A stretch of 32,000 nucleotides of DNA from Opitutales bacterium (GTDB lineage Bacteria; Verrucomicrobiota; Verrucomicrobiia; Opitutales; PNEW01): the NCBI GenBank assembly GCA_965219535.1, contig CBDCNV010000001.1, positions 420,001-452,000 on the forward strand, in the 5' to 3' direction. A model generated the notes under the pieces. That model did not search any database. It saw only the letters and a list, made by a program, of their open reading frames with translations, and was not told the origin of the DNA. Position numbers and translations under genes: made by a program. Shown piece after piece: positions 15,549-23,474 of this stretch. Numbering within the stretch: position 1 is the first letter of the stretch; each line of letters begins with the position of its first letter.

Positions 15549-16823
15549 GTGCCTGAAGAGTCTGCTATAGAGTGCGAATCCGCCGTGTATAAGGATACGC
15601 TTGTGCTCATTGTTTTCTCATTCATCCCGTCAAAGGGTGAGATGGTGAAATGGTATTGGACTCGTATTGCCGGTGTACCCTACCTTTTAAGAAACATCAT
15701 CAATATCCAACGTGGTGGGGGTAATAAAACATATTTGTATCATAGTGAGCAATTCGCACCTCTTAAAGAATTATGCCGTCTTGTTAATGACGATCCAAGA
15801 GTGCTAAACAAAACAGAGTGTATATCAGTGCCCGAGGATTTAGAACGCGTGCTTCGGAGCATGAAAAACATCCTTATCCTGAATGGCTCAGTCCTTCATC
15901 ACAGATTAGAAATCCAGAACGCTCTTTCATTATTCACTCAATATACCGTTACAGATAGAGATGAAAAAAAAGAAAGAGTTAGTATCGATAACTTACTCTC
16001 TCAATTCGATAAGCATGAAGATTTCAATGTTCAATGGTCTGAAAAGATTACTGCGATAAGCGTTGGTGATAAACCGGTATCCCCTTCAAACGAAAGTATA
16101 CGGATTCAATATTTGTCCGGCAGTAAGATTACGAAAATAACAACCGAAAATGATTTTCATAAAGAGCATATGCGTATCATGAAGTCTGGTGGCCTGGAAA
16201 CCGACAGCATGATAAACAGGTTATTTTCTCGTAGCGTATCACGATTCTTAACACGACTGGCCATTCATACGCCGGTAAGCCCTAATCAGGTCACTTTGTT
16301 AAGTTTTTTCCTTGGATTAATATCGACCTGGTTTTTTTTCCAAGGCGTTTATGGGATGAGCCTGGTAGGAGCGGTCATCCTGGTGATTTCTACTTGGATA
16401 GATGGTGTCGATGGTGAACTGGCTAGATTGACTTTCAGGGAATCTAAAATGGGAGCTAAATTGGATATCACCTTGGATTGTTTTGTAAATTACATCGTTT
16501 TCTTTTCGATTGGCGTGGGATTAACCCGTTCATCCGGGGACAACCTTTATGCTATTCTTGGTTTAGTCGCGGTTATTGGCAGTATTATTTCTTTTGTCTT
16601 TATGAGTTCTTTAATCTCAGAGAGCAAATCACCTGAACGACATGACAGTATTTCAATGGATAAGCGTCGTATGATTCAGGATAAAATAGCCAATCGGGAT
16701 TTTATTTTCATCCTGTTTTTACTCGCGCTTATTGATAGAACAGAAATATTCATCTGGCTCGCGGCAATCGGAGCCAATGTCTTTGCCCTTTATTCACTTT
16801 ACGCCAGGTGCATTGCCAAGTAG
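15549..16823 (+). CDS. CDP-alcohol phosphatidyltransferase family membrane protein with a ~230-aa soluble N-terminal extension
   Basis: DGVDGELARLTFRESKMGAKLDITLD matches D-x2-D-G-x2-A-R-x8-G-x3-D-x3-D exactly. Several hydrophobic helices follow residue ~235. The N-terminal part (LVLIVFSFIPSKGE..IAGVPYLLRNI) loosely resembles a nucleotidyltransferase fold but lacks the G-x-G-x-R loop. GTG start as in the track. Confidence 0.75.
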   Translation: MPEESAIECESAVYKDTLVLIVFSFIPSKGEMVKWYWTRIAGVPYLLRNIINIQRGGGNKTYLYHSEQFAPLKELCRLVNDDPRVLNKTECISVPEDLERVLRSMKNILILNGSVLHHRLEIQNALSLFTQYTVTDRDEKKERVSIDNLLSQFDKHEDFNVQWSEKITAISVGDKPVSPSNESIRIQYLSGSKITKITTENDFHKEHMRIMKSGGLETDSMINRLFSRSVSRFLTRLAIHTPVSPNQVTLLSFFLGLISTWFFFQGVYGMSLVGAVILVISTWIDGVDGELARLTFRESKMGAKLDITLDCFVNYIVFFSIGVGLTRSSGDNLYAILGLVAVIGSIISFVFMSSLISESKSPERHDSISMDKRRMIQDKIANRDFIFILFLLALIDRTEIFIWLAAIGANVFALYSLYARCIAK

Positions 16824-16900
16824 AGGATTTTTATCATCAAGAAATTGGAACGAAGGCCGAATTAGAGCGGCGGTAGGTGTTTATTAAATCGATGAAATAT

Positions 16901-17923
16901 TCAATTACTACCTTGCTTTTCTCTCGGTGCGCAAGCGCGCGGATTTTCAATCTCACGCTTTAATTGATCCATTCCCTCTTCGACAGAAATCTCAGGTTCA
17001 AAGTTAAGTTCATGACGAATTTTATCCATACACAGAGTACTTTGTGTCGTTAGCATATTTATGGCCGTATGTGTCAAGAAGGGACGGTCACCTGGTTTTA
17101 ACCGTTTGTGTGTACATTCAAATATGGAAGCCATGATGCGTGCTACGGGAAGTGGAATGGATTTTTTAACCGGTTTAGAACCGACTATTTTAGCCAGATG
17201 GTTGAAGAATTCATTAAATGAAATAGGCTCGTTATCCCCTACAATGTATCCTTGCCCAATCGCATTCGGGTGTTCCGAAGCAAGTAGTATCGCGTCGATC
17301 AAGTTATCGATGTAACAGGGATGGCAGGTGCCTTTACCGCCGGCGATGAGAAACATTCTGTTTTGGCGGATTAAGCGGAGAGGTTCTTCAACCCAACCGC
17401 TACCGAGGCCATAAACGACGGATGGTCGTAATACCACGACTGGTAATCCGTGATCGCTATGATATTTAAAGACGAGGACTTCACCTTCAATTTTCGATTG
17501 AGAATAAAAGTCTTTTCCGGGATTGTATGGTGTTTTGTCGTCAAAGTAAGCCGGTGAGGGAACACCGAATACTGCGATGGAACTGAGGTGAATAAATCGT
17601 ATTATCTTTCTTTCAACAGCTGCTTCTAATAGCCATTCTGTGCCTTGTACATTCGTTGAATGAAAAGTTTCTTCTGTGCCCCAATCCAAAACATGACCCG
17701 CACAATGAAAAACCCGTTCAACGCCATGCACGGCTTTATCAATTGAATCGCGGTTACCTAAATCCCCGATCACTATTTCTGCCGACTCTTTGGAAATGGG
17801 TGGCAGTTTATGTTCACTCTCAGGTCTGCAGAACAGTTTTACCTTACGCCCTTCTCTCAACAAGCGTTCGCTCAGATGACGGCCGATGAATCCGGTAGCA
17901 CCGGTTATTAGATCAGCATGCAT
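16901..17923 (-). CDS. NAD(P)-dependent epimerase/dehydratase (extended SDR)
   Basis: 340 aa. Rossmann motif GATGFIGRHL and catalytic YSQSK (YxxxK). Its start lies 2 nt after the stop of the upstream SDR gene, suggesting an operon. Confidence 0.8.
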   Translation of the reverse strand: MHADLITGATGFIGRHLSERLLREGRKVKLFCRPESEHKLPPISKESAEIVIGDLGNRDSIDKAVHGVERVFHCAGHVLDWGTEETFHSTNVQGTEWLLEAAVERKIIRFIHLSSIAVFGVPSPAYFDDKTPYNPGKDFYSQSKIEGEVLVFKYHSDHGLPVVVLRPSVVYGLGSGWVEEPLRLIRQNRMFLIAGGKGTCHPCYIDNLIDAILLASEHPNAIGQGYIVGDNEPISFNEFFNHLAKIVGSKPVKKSIPLPVARIMASIFECTHKRLKPGDRPFLTHTAINMLTTQSTLCMDKIRHELNFEPEISVEEGMDQLKREIENPRACAPREKQGSN

Positions 17924-17925
17924 AG

Positions 17926-18915
17926 TTAAATATACCCGTTGCTTCTAAACCATTGGATAGATCTTTCCATTGCTCCGTCGCAGGATATTGGATTATATCC
18001 CAGTTCATCTTTGGCTTTTGCGCTTTCATAGTATAAATATTTTCCAATCAGTCCCTGCATACCCACAGTTAATTTTGGCGCTCTGTGAGTAAAGTGATCA
18101 GCTATGCCCTCTTGACAATGCGCGACAAGGCTAAGTAGAGATTTTGGGATACGCACTTTCGGTCGTCCTTTTCCTGCAAGCTTCGCGATCTTCGACATAA
18201 ACTCTTTGTTAGAAAGATTATCACCAGCAAGAAGATACTGTTCACCCGCTCGACCTTTTTCTAGGGCTAACCATAATCCCTGAACGAGGTCATGGACATC
18301 GACAAAACAGGCGCCGCCATCTACCCAAACGGGCCACCATCCTTTACAGATATCAATGATCGGTTCACCGATTGGAGTTGGTCCGTAATCCATTTCACCA
18401 ATAGCGGAAGCGGGATTTACGATAACTACGGGTAAATCTTTTTCTTTTGCCCATCGTTTTATTTCATCTTCCCCAGCTTTCTTTGTCTCCGCATATAAAA
18501 ATCGCTTACCAGACATATTGAATTCCGATTTTTCATTACGCGTTACTGGCTGTTCAGATACTCCAAGTGTAATGCAACTGCTTACGTGGACCATTTTTTC
18601 TATACCCGTGGCCAGACTGGCAGCGGCTATATTTATTGGACCGAGGACATTCAGCTTGTGAAAGACATTGGGATCTCTCGACCAGTAACGGTTAAAACCG
18701 GCGAGATGAATGAGAACATCGCAGCTATTGAGAAAGGGATATAAACTCTCTGTATCAAGTACGTCACCCCAGAAAACTTGATGGGGCAAGTTTTCTAGAA
18801 GCGTATCCGACGTGCCTTGAAGAAGAAAGGCGATGACCTCGTGACCCAAAGAGGTGACGTAGCGGGTCAAATGATTTCCTATAAAACCATTTGCGCCTGT
18901 TATCCCTACTTTCAT
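17926..18915 (-). CDS. NAD(P)-dependent epimerase/dehydratase (extended SDR)
   Basis: 329 aa. GANGFIGNHL and YAETK motifs. Confidence 0.8.
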   Translation of the reverse strand: MKVGITGANGFIGNHLTRYVTSLGHEVIAFLLQGTSDTLLENLPHQVFWGDVLDTESLYPFLNSCDVLIHLAGFNRYWSRDPNVFHKLNVLGPINIAAASLATGIEKMVHVSSCITLGVSEQPVTRNEKSEFNMSGKRFLYAETKKAGEDEIKRWAKEKDLPVVIVNPASAIGEMDYGPTPIGEPIIDICKGWWPVWVDGGACFVDVHDLVQGLWLALEKGRAGEQYLLAGDNLSNKEFMSKIAKLAGKGRPKVRIPKSLLSLVAHCQEGIADHFTHRAPKLTVGMQGLIGKYLYYESAKAKDELGYNPISCDGAMERSIQWFRSNGYI

Positions 18916-19227
18916 AACGGTTATTGTCGATTGCCCTTTGCCGATTGTCGATGTCGGATTGACTGAACAGCGTTTGCAGGTCGACCTATAGACGTATACA
19001 ATCTATCCAAGTAGGATCAATTAATTCCTCATTTTTTTTGATATCTTGACCTTGCTGCAAGTCTATATAAAATAGATTCAAAGTCAGATAATGTCTTTCA
19101 ATCATTATTATTTAATTATTCGTTAAATCTGAAACGGTCAAAGCTTTGATCTCTATCGCTTATCCCCATAGTGTCATTAGAATATTTGTCTGCACTATTT
19201 TAAGACGATTACATAAAATAGTTTTAT

Positions 19228-21225
19228 ATGCAGAAAATTAAATCCCTTTTCGGATTATTGGTTTTTTCAGCCTGTGCCTGCACGGAATTGCTGGCGGTAG
19301 ATGTCATCTTTCTGGATATAGACCTGGAAATAGCAATTCGAGAGGTGCTGGAGAAACCTGACGGGCCAATAACAGACACGGACATGGCCCTGATAGAATC
19401 GCTTACTATCAATGAAAGAAGTATACTTAATCTAACTGGGCTGGAATATGCAGTTAACTTGGGCTACTTGGATCTTTCTAATAACCTCGTCATAGATACC
19501 AGCCCATTATCGGGGTTGGCTCAGCTTGAAACGCTATATTTGTTTGATAATCTAATCAGCGATTTCAGTCCATTGGCTGGGTTAACTCAACTGACATCCC
19601 TCGATCTTGAGTTTAACTTTATCAGTGACCTCAGTCCGTTGACAGGTTTAATCGAATTGACATTCCTGAATCTGGACAACAACGAGATCAGTAATCTTAA
19701 TCCCTTGGCTGGTTTAACGCAGCTGACTTTTCTTGATCTAGACAACAACCAGATAAGTGAACTCGGTCCATTAGCGGGTTTAATCCAATTGGACTTTCTG
19801 AGTCTAGACAACAACGAGATCAGTAATCTTAATCCCCTCACTGGTTTAACGCAGCTGACCGTCCTGTTTATTGACAATAGCCAGATCAACGATATCAGCC
19901 CGCTGTCTGGGTTGACTCAGATGGAGTCCCTGACCCTGTTGAATAATCAAATCAGTGATATCAGTCCCCTGGCAGGTTTAACCCAATTGGACTTCCTGTA
20001 TCTAGACAATAATCAGATTAGTAATCTTACCTCCCTCGCTGGCTTAACGAATTTGAGGATCCTGTTTATTGACAGTAGCCAGATCAGTGATATCAGTCCG
20101 TTGTCTGGCTTAACTAAGCTGGAGTCTCTGACCCTGTTTGATAATCAAATCAGCGATATCAGTCCCCTGGCAGGTTTAACTCAACTCACATTTCTGAGCC
20201 TAGGCGACAACCTGATCAGTGACCTCGGACCCTTATCGGGCTTAACCCAAATGTCATTACTGGGTCTGGACAACAACCAGATCAGTAATCTAAACCCCCT
20301 GGCTAGCTTAACGCAACTGACACTCCTGTATATTGACGGTAGCCAGATCAGCGATATCAGCCCGTTGTCTGGGTTGACTCAATTGGATACCCTGACCCTG
20401 GTTGATAATCAAATCAGCGATATCAGTCCCCTGGCAAGTTTAACCCAACTGGAAACTCTCAATCTTTCCACGAACCAAATAAACGATCTCAACCCCTTAG
20501 CCGGTCTAACGCAACTTACAGGATTATATCTTACCTCGAACGCAATCAGTGATACCAGCCCACTGGCCGGTTTATCTCAGTTGAGTGAATTATTACTTAC
20601 CGATAACAATATAAGTGCAATCGACTCCCTGGCCGGATTAAGCAGTCTCACCTACCTTGATCTCGAGGAAAACCTATTAGACATAAGCGAGAATTCCGAA
20701 GCACTGGATATAATCGAAAATCTTATTTCTAATTATTCCACAGTCGTTTTTTTCCAAACGCAAAATACGGATGTGCTATTTTTGCAGGTAAGCAAAGGGA
20801 CCTTCACAGATAAAATTCAGATTACATGGCAAAGTGTTGAAGGTGCGACTTACGATCTTTTCCGTAATACCACGCCTGACACCAAAGGAGCTATTTTATT
20901 ACAAGCCAATCTCAACGTAACTGTTTACGATGATATTACACCTCAATCAGGAGTCACTTACTATTATTGGTTAGCGATTAAGATCAACGGGGAAACGATC
21001 AGTATATCCAATACGGATAGTGGCTATCGAGCACAAGCGCTTGTCGGCATTGGCGCATGGGGTGATGATGATAAAGGTCAGTCTACAATACCCGAAGAGC
21101 TGACTGAAGTGATCCAGGTTGATGCCGGATCCGCGCATAGTATAGCATTACAGTCTAACGGCACGGTCGAAGTCTTTGGAGATAACAGCCTTGATCAATT
21201 GGACATTCCTGGAAATCTCACATGA
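19228..21225 (+). CDS. Leucine-rich-repeat protein: signal peptide or possible lipobox, about 20 x 22-aa LRRs, an Fn3/Ig-like domain, and the first RCC1-like blade. It is the N-terminal part of a gene interrupted by an in-frame TGA.
   Basis: 665-aa ORF. N-terminus MQKIKSLFGLLVFSACAC. Repeats fit LxLxxNxIsDisPLaGLTQLxx. Then QITWQSVEGATYDLFRN...YYYWLAIK, then AWGDDDKGQSTIPEELTEVIQVDAGSAHSIALQSNGTVEVFGDNSLDQLDIPGNLT followed by the stop. Confidence 0.85.
   Translation: MQKIKSLFGLLVFSACACTELLAVDVIFLDIDLEIAIREVLEKPDGPITDTDMALIESLTINERSILNLTGLEYAVNLGYLDLSNNLVIDTSPLSGLAQLETLYLFDNLISDFSPLAGLTQLTSLDLEFNFISDLSPLTGLIELTFLNLDNNEISNLNPLAGLTQLTFLDLDNNQISELGPLAGLIQLDFLSLDNNEISNLNPLTGLTQLTVLFIDNSQINDISPLSGLTQMESLTLLNNQISDISPLAGLTQLDFLYLDNNQISNLTSLAGLTNLRILFIDSSQISDISPLSGLTKLESLTLFDNQISDISPLAGLTQLTFLSLGDNLISDLGPLSGLTQMSLLGLDNNQISNLNPLASLTQLTLLYIDGSQISDISPLSGLTQLDTLTLVDNQISDISPLASLTQLETLNLSTNQINDLNPLAGLTQLTGLYLTSNAISDTSPLAGLSQLSELLLTDNNISAIDSLAGLSSLTYLDLEENLLDISENSEALDIIENLISNYSTVVFFQTQNTDVLFLQVSKGTFTDKIQITWQSVEGATYDLFRNTTPDTKGAILLQANLNVTVYDDITPQSGVTYYYWLAIKINGETISISNTDSGYRAQALVGIGAWGDDDKGQSTIPEELTEVIQVDAGSAHSIALQSNGTVEVFGDNSLDQLDIPGNLT
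19402..20721 (+). repeat. Tandem 66-bp coding repeats (about 20 LRR units) with higher-order 132-bp and ~200-bp periodicity
   Basis: The LRR units are in frame and contiguous. For example, 19675..19728 and 19807..19860 (offset 132 bp) share perfectly identical blocks of 30 nt and 20 nt. The blocks starting near 19863, 20064 and 20330 are also near-identical. Confidence 0.9.
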
Positions 21226-21264
21226 GTAATCGCCGTCGCCGCCGGTTATTTTCATAATTTAGCT

Positions 21265-22752
21265 TTGAAGGAAGACGGTAGGGTGGTCGCCTGGGGTTGG
21301 AATACTAACGGTCAGACGAATGTGCCCACGAATTTGGAAGATGTCAAACAGGTATCCGGTGGTGGTGATTTCAGTCTTGCTTTAATTGGTGATGGGACGG
21401 TGAGAGCTTGGGGTAATAATTTCGCACATCAGACCGAAGTGCCGAAAGGGCTTGCCGATGTAAAACAGGTGTCAGCGGGGGGATCGCACGCGCTCGCCTT
21501 GAAAGAAGATGGCACGGTTGTAGCATGGGGAAATAATGCAGATGGTCAGGCAACGGTGCCGTTCGGACTACGCGATGTAGTAGCAGTTGCTGCTGGTAAA
21601 TCACACAGTTTAGCATTAAAAGCTGACAGCACGATCGTTTCCTGGGGCAGCAATAACCGCGGACAACTTGATTTCCCTGGAGTATTTAACAGTCCCTCCA
21701 AGCAAGGTATTTCTGCGCAGTTTAATGCCTCTAGCGTTGTTTCCATTGCCGCAGGATTTAATCACAACCTGGCCCTGGATGCTGAAGGAAACGTCGTTGC
21801 CTGGGGAGATAATACATTCAGCCAGGCGACGGTTCCTGAAGCACTTACAGGAGTAGAAAATATTGCTGCCGGGGGTCGGCATAATATTGCCTTGTTTGAG
21901 TCTGCTGCTGTTGCTGAGAGTATTATACTCGATGGCTCGGGGATAATCGCAGGACAGGATATCCAGCATTCCAACGGAAATATCTTTGATCAGGTCCTGC
22001 TCACCGGAGAGTTTATTCAGCTTCAAGCCAAGCCGGAACAGATTACAAGGGTATCCTTCATGGATGAAGATGAGGACATTGTGCAGGTAGAGTTCTCAGG
22101 AAGCGGAAACTTTACCGTAACCCTGGATCCAGTTAGCTATTTACCTTCTGCTTTGCCAGCGCGTTATAACCAACAGGTCGAATATGTTAGAGGTAAGCCG
22201 AGCATCCTAATCGAAGGCGCCGACGCTACTACTTTCTTCAGTATTTTCACCGTTGGTAGGATCAACGCGGTGAACCAGGCATTGTTTCCGGTCGGTCAAG
22301 TTTATGATGCCGAAGCCGACGTGACCCGGGTAGAAGTGATCAACTCAGTGGGAATCGGGGGAATGCAAATGTCGAATACCGTATTTTCGGGTAGCACGGG
22401 GAAGATTGGTGTTGATGCCCGAGGGGTACCTGTTGCTGTGCGTATAACGATTGGAGACATCAGTGCCAGTGGCGGCGCTGTTCCTTATTTAATGTTTGGT
22501 TCAGGATCTTTCACCTTGCCCGCTGGTAATTCGGGATTGCGAATAACGGGGGGCGACTTGGTTCAGGCAAACGGTGCCTCGATCGTTGTTGCAGAGAGTG
22601 GATCGACGACACCAGGATTTGAGACCCTTATCATGCAGAATAATGTTAAGTCGGATAGCACCCCTCAACCAACTCAGAGCAACGGGGCATCATTTATTAA
22701 TGAGGATAATGCCGCGATCAACGTGACAGTGGATGAGATAACGATCGAATAA
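21265..22752 (+). CDS. RCC1-repeat protein with the shared C-terminal module. It is the C-terminal part of the interrupted LRR-RCC1 gene and has no signal peptide of its own.
   Basis: 495-aa ORF in the same frame as 19228..21225, with a TTG start placed inside an RCC1 blade. About 6 RCC1-like blades (VVAWGxNxxGQxxVP...V.AGxxHSLAL). The C-terminal ~275 aa match the shared module and end in DEITIE. Confidence 0.8.
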   Translation: MKEDGRVVAWGWNTNGQTNVPTNLEDVKQVSGGGDFSLALIGDGTVRAWGNNFAHQTEVPKGLADVKQVSAGGSHALALKEDGTVVAWGNNADGQATVPFGLRDVVAVAAGKSHSLALKADSTIVSWGSNNRGQLDFPGVFNSPSKQGISAQFNASSVVSIAAGFNHNLALDAEGNVVAWGDNTFSQATVPEALTGVENIAAGGRHNIALFESAAVAESIILDGSGIIAGQDIQHSNGNIFDQVLLTGEFIQLQAKPEQITRVSFMDEDEDIVQVEFSGSGNFTVTLDPVSYLPSALPARYNQQVEYVRGKPSILIEGADATTFFSIFTVGRINAVNQALFPVGQVYDAEADVTRVEVINSVGIGGMQMSNTVFSGSTGKIGVDARGVPVAVRITIGDISASGGAVPYLMFGSGSFTLPAGNSGLRITGGDLVQANGASIVVAESGSTTPGFETLIMQNNVKSDSTPQPTQSNGASFINEDNAAINVTVDEITIE

Positions 22753-22885
22753 AGTGGATAGGCGTTCGATTATCTGGTACTCGTTTGGGGATCAACTATA
22801 GTCTAGCAGTAGCGAGGCTCTGTCGGACTATCCAAAGGTGGTTGTGAGCCCTTCGGCTATTGATGCTCTGCGATCACTGTTCGAC

Positions 22886-22959
22886 TGGTGCGGGTGGGGA
22901 GAATCGAACTCCCGTAGCCAGCTTGGAAGGCTGGAGTTTTACCACTAAACTACACCCGC
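22886..22959 (-). tRNA. tRNA-Gly (anticodon UCC), CCA encoded
   Basis: The minus strand reads GCGGGTG-TA-GTTT-AGTGGTA-AAAC-T-CCAGC-CTTCCAA-GCTGG-CTAC-GGGAG-TTCGATT-CTCCC-CACCCGC-A-CCA. All four stems are perfectly paired, and it is 74 nt long. Confidence 0.93.
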
Positions 22960-23170
22960 TTGGACCAAGTGTTCATATTTCGCAATTATTCCCGGGGGTG
23001 GTCAAGATTGAATGTTATCTTAGATAAAAGTTGGTTCCAATGATCTTCGTCTTCGTCAAGGAAGACGGGGTTCAGGTGTTGGGTGTCGGAGTCTAGGGAG
23101 TAAGCTATGGGTTAAATTACAAGCTTCGTCTTCGTCTGCCTCTTCGTCTGTAATAGAGCTTCGGTTATTC

Positions 23171-23205
23171 TATACGCAATGGAGGGACACACTCCATTGC
23201 GTATA
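23171..23205. repeat. Perfect 14-bp-stem hairpin with loop GGACACA
   Basis: TATACGCAATGGAG-GGACACA-CTCCATTGCGTATA. The stem-loop junction reads AGGGACAC, the same 8-mer found in the loop region at 2848..2855. Confidence 0.75.
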
Positions 23206-23410
23206 CTTTAAAATGTTGTTTACGGCCACGACGGAGCGTGGCCCTCCAGAAAATATATAATGAGGATGGAGCATCATAGTACATAGACCTCTAGAAAAAG
23301 AAAAAATAGAAAGGCACGCTCCGTAAATCCGCAGAAACGAAGACGAAGGGACGAAGACAAACATTATCTTCGTATTACCCCATTAATAATTAAGTAAAAG
23401 TATGTGAAAT

Positions 23411-23443
23411 AAAAAACCCACTTCGGAAAGGCGATAGTGGGGG
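23411..23443 (-). terminator. Probable rho-independent terminator of the 23475..24062 gene
   Basis: On the minus strand: CCCACT-A-TCG-CCTTTC-CGA-AGTGGG followed by TTTTTTATTT. The stem is about 9 bp with a 1-nt bulge, and it lies about 30 nt downstream of the stop at 23475. Confidence 0.6.
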
Positions 23444-23474
23444 CTCATCTAAAATAATTTGGACTGAGGTCAAA

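Noticed and set aside
19402-20721. A regular ~66-bp periodic repeat array that could be mistaken for a CRISPR array.
   Set aside because: The repeats are contiguous, in frame, and translate to a canonical 22-residue leucine-rich repeat. There are no unique spacers and no cas genes.
21223-21225. The in-frame TGA might reflect an alternative genetic code (TGA = Trp or Gly) or selenocysteine.
   Set aside because: TGA clearly terminates 12437..14725 directly after the conserved EITIE, where the two paralogs use TAA. It also ends the GT2 (29764..29766) and GT4 (31373..31375) genes at ATGA overlaps. I saw no obvious SECIS-like hairpin immediately downstream, and the expected residue at this position is D, E, G or S, not Cys. 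Sec cannot be formally excluded without a SECIS or selABC search.
22886-22959. The tRNA-Gly located 130 bp downstream of the interrupted gene might be a UGA suppressor.
   Set aside because: The anticodon loop is CTTCCAA, so the anticodon is UCC and reads GGA/GGG. It is an ordinary tRNA-Gly with perfect canonical stems.
23337-23358. The GACGAAGACGAAG motif near the tRNA resembles the DEDED-coding stretch of the shared module (e.g. 40..58) and might be a relic of a fifth module gene.
   Set aside because: Similarity is limited to the short GAC/GAA repeat. The flanking sequence shows no resemblance to the module in any frame, so I treat it as part of the inverted CTTCGT arrays.
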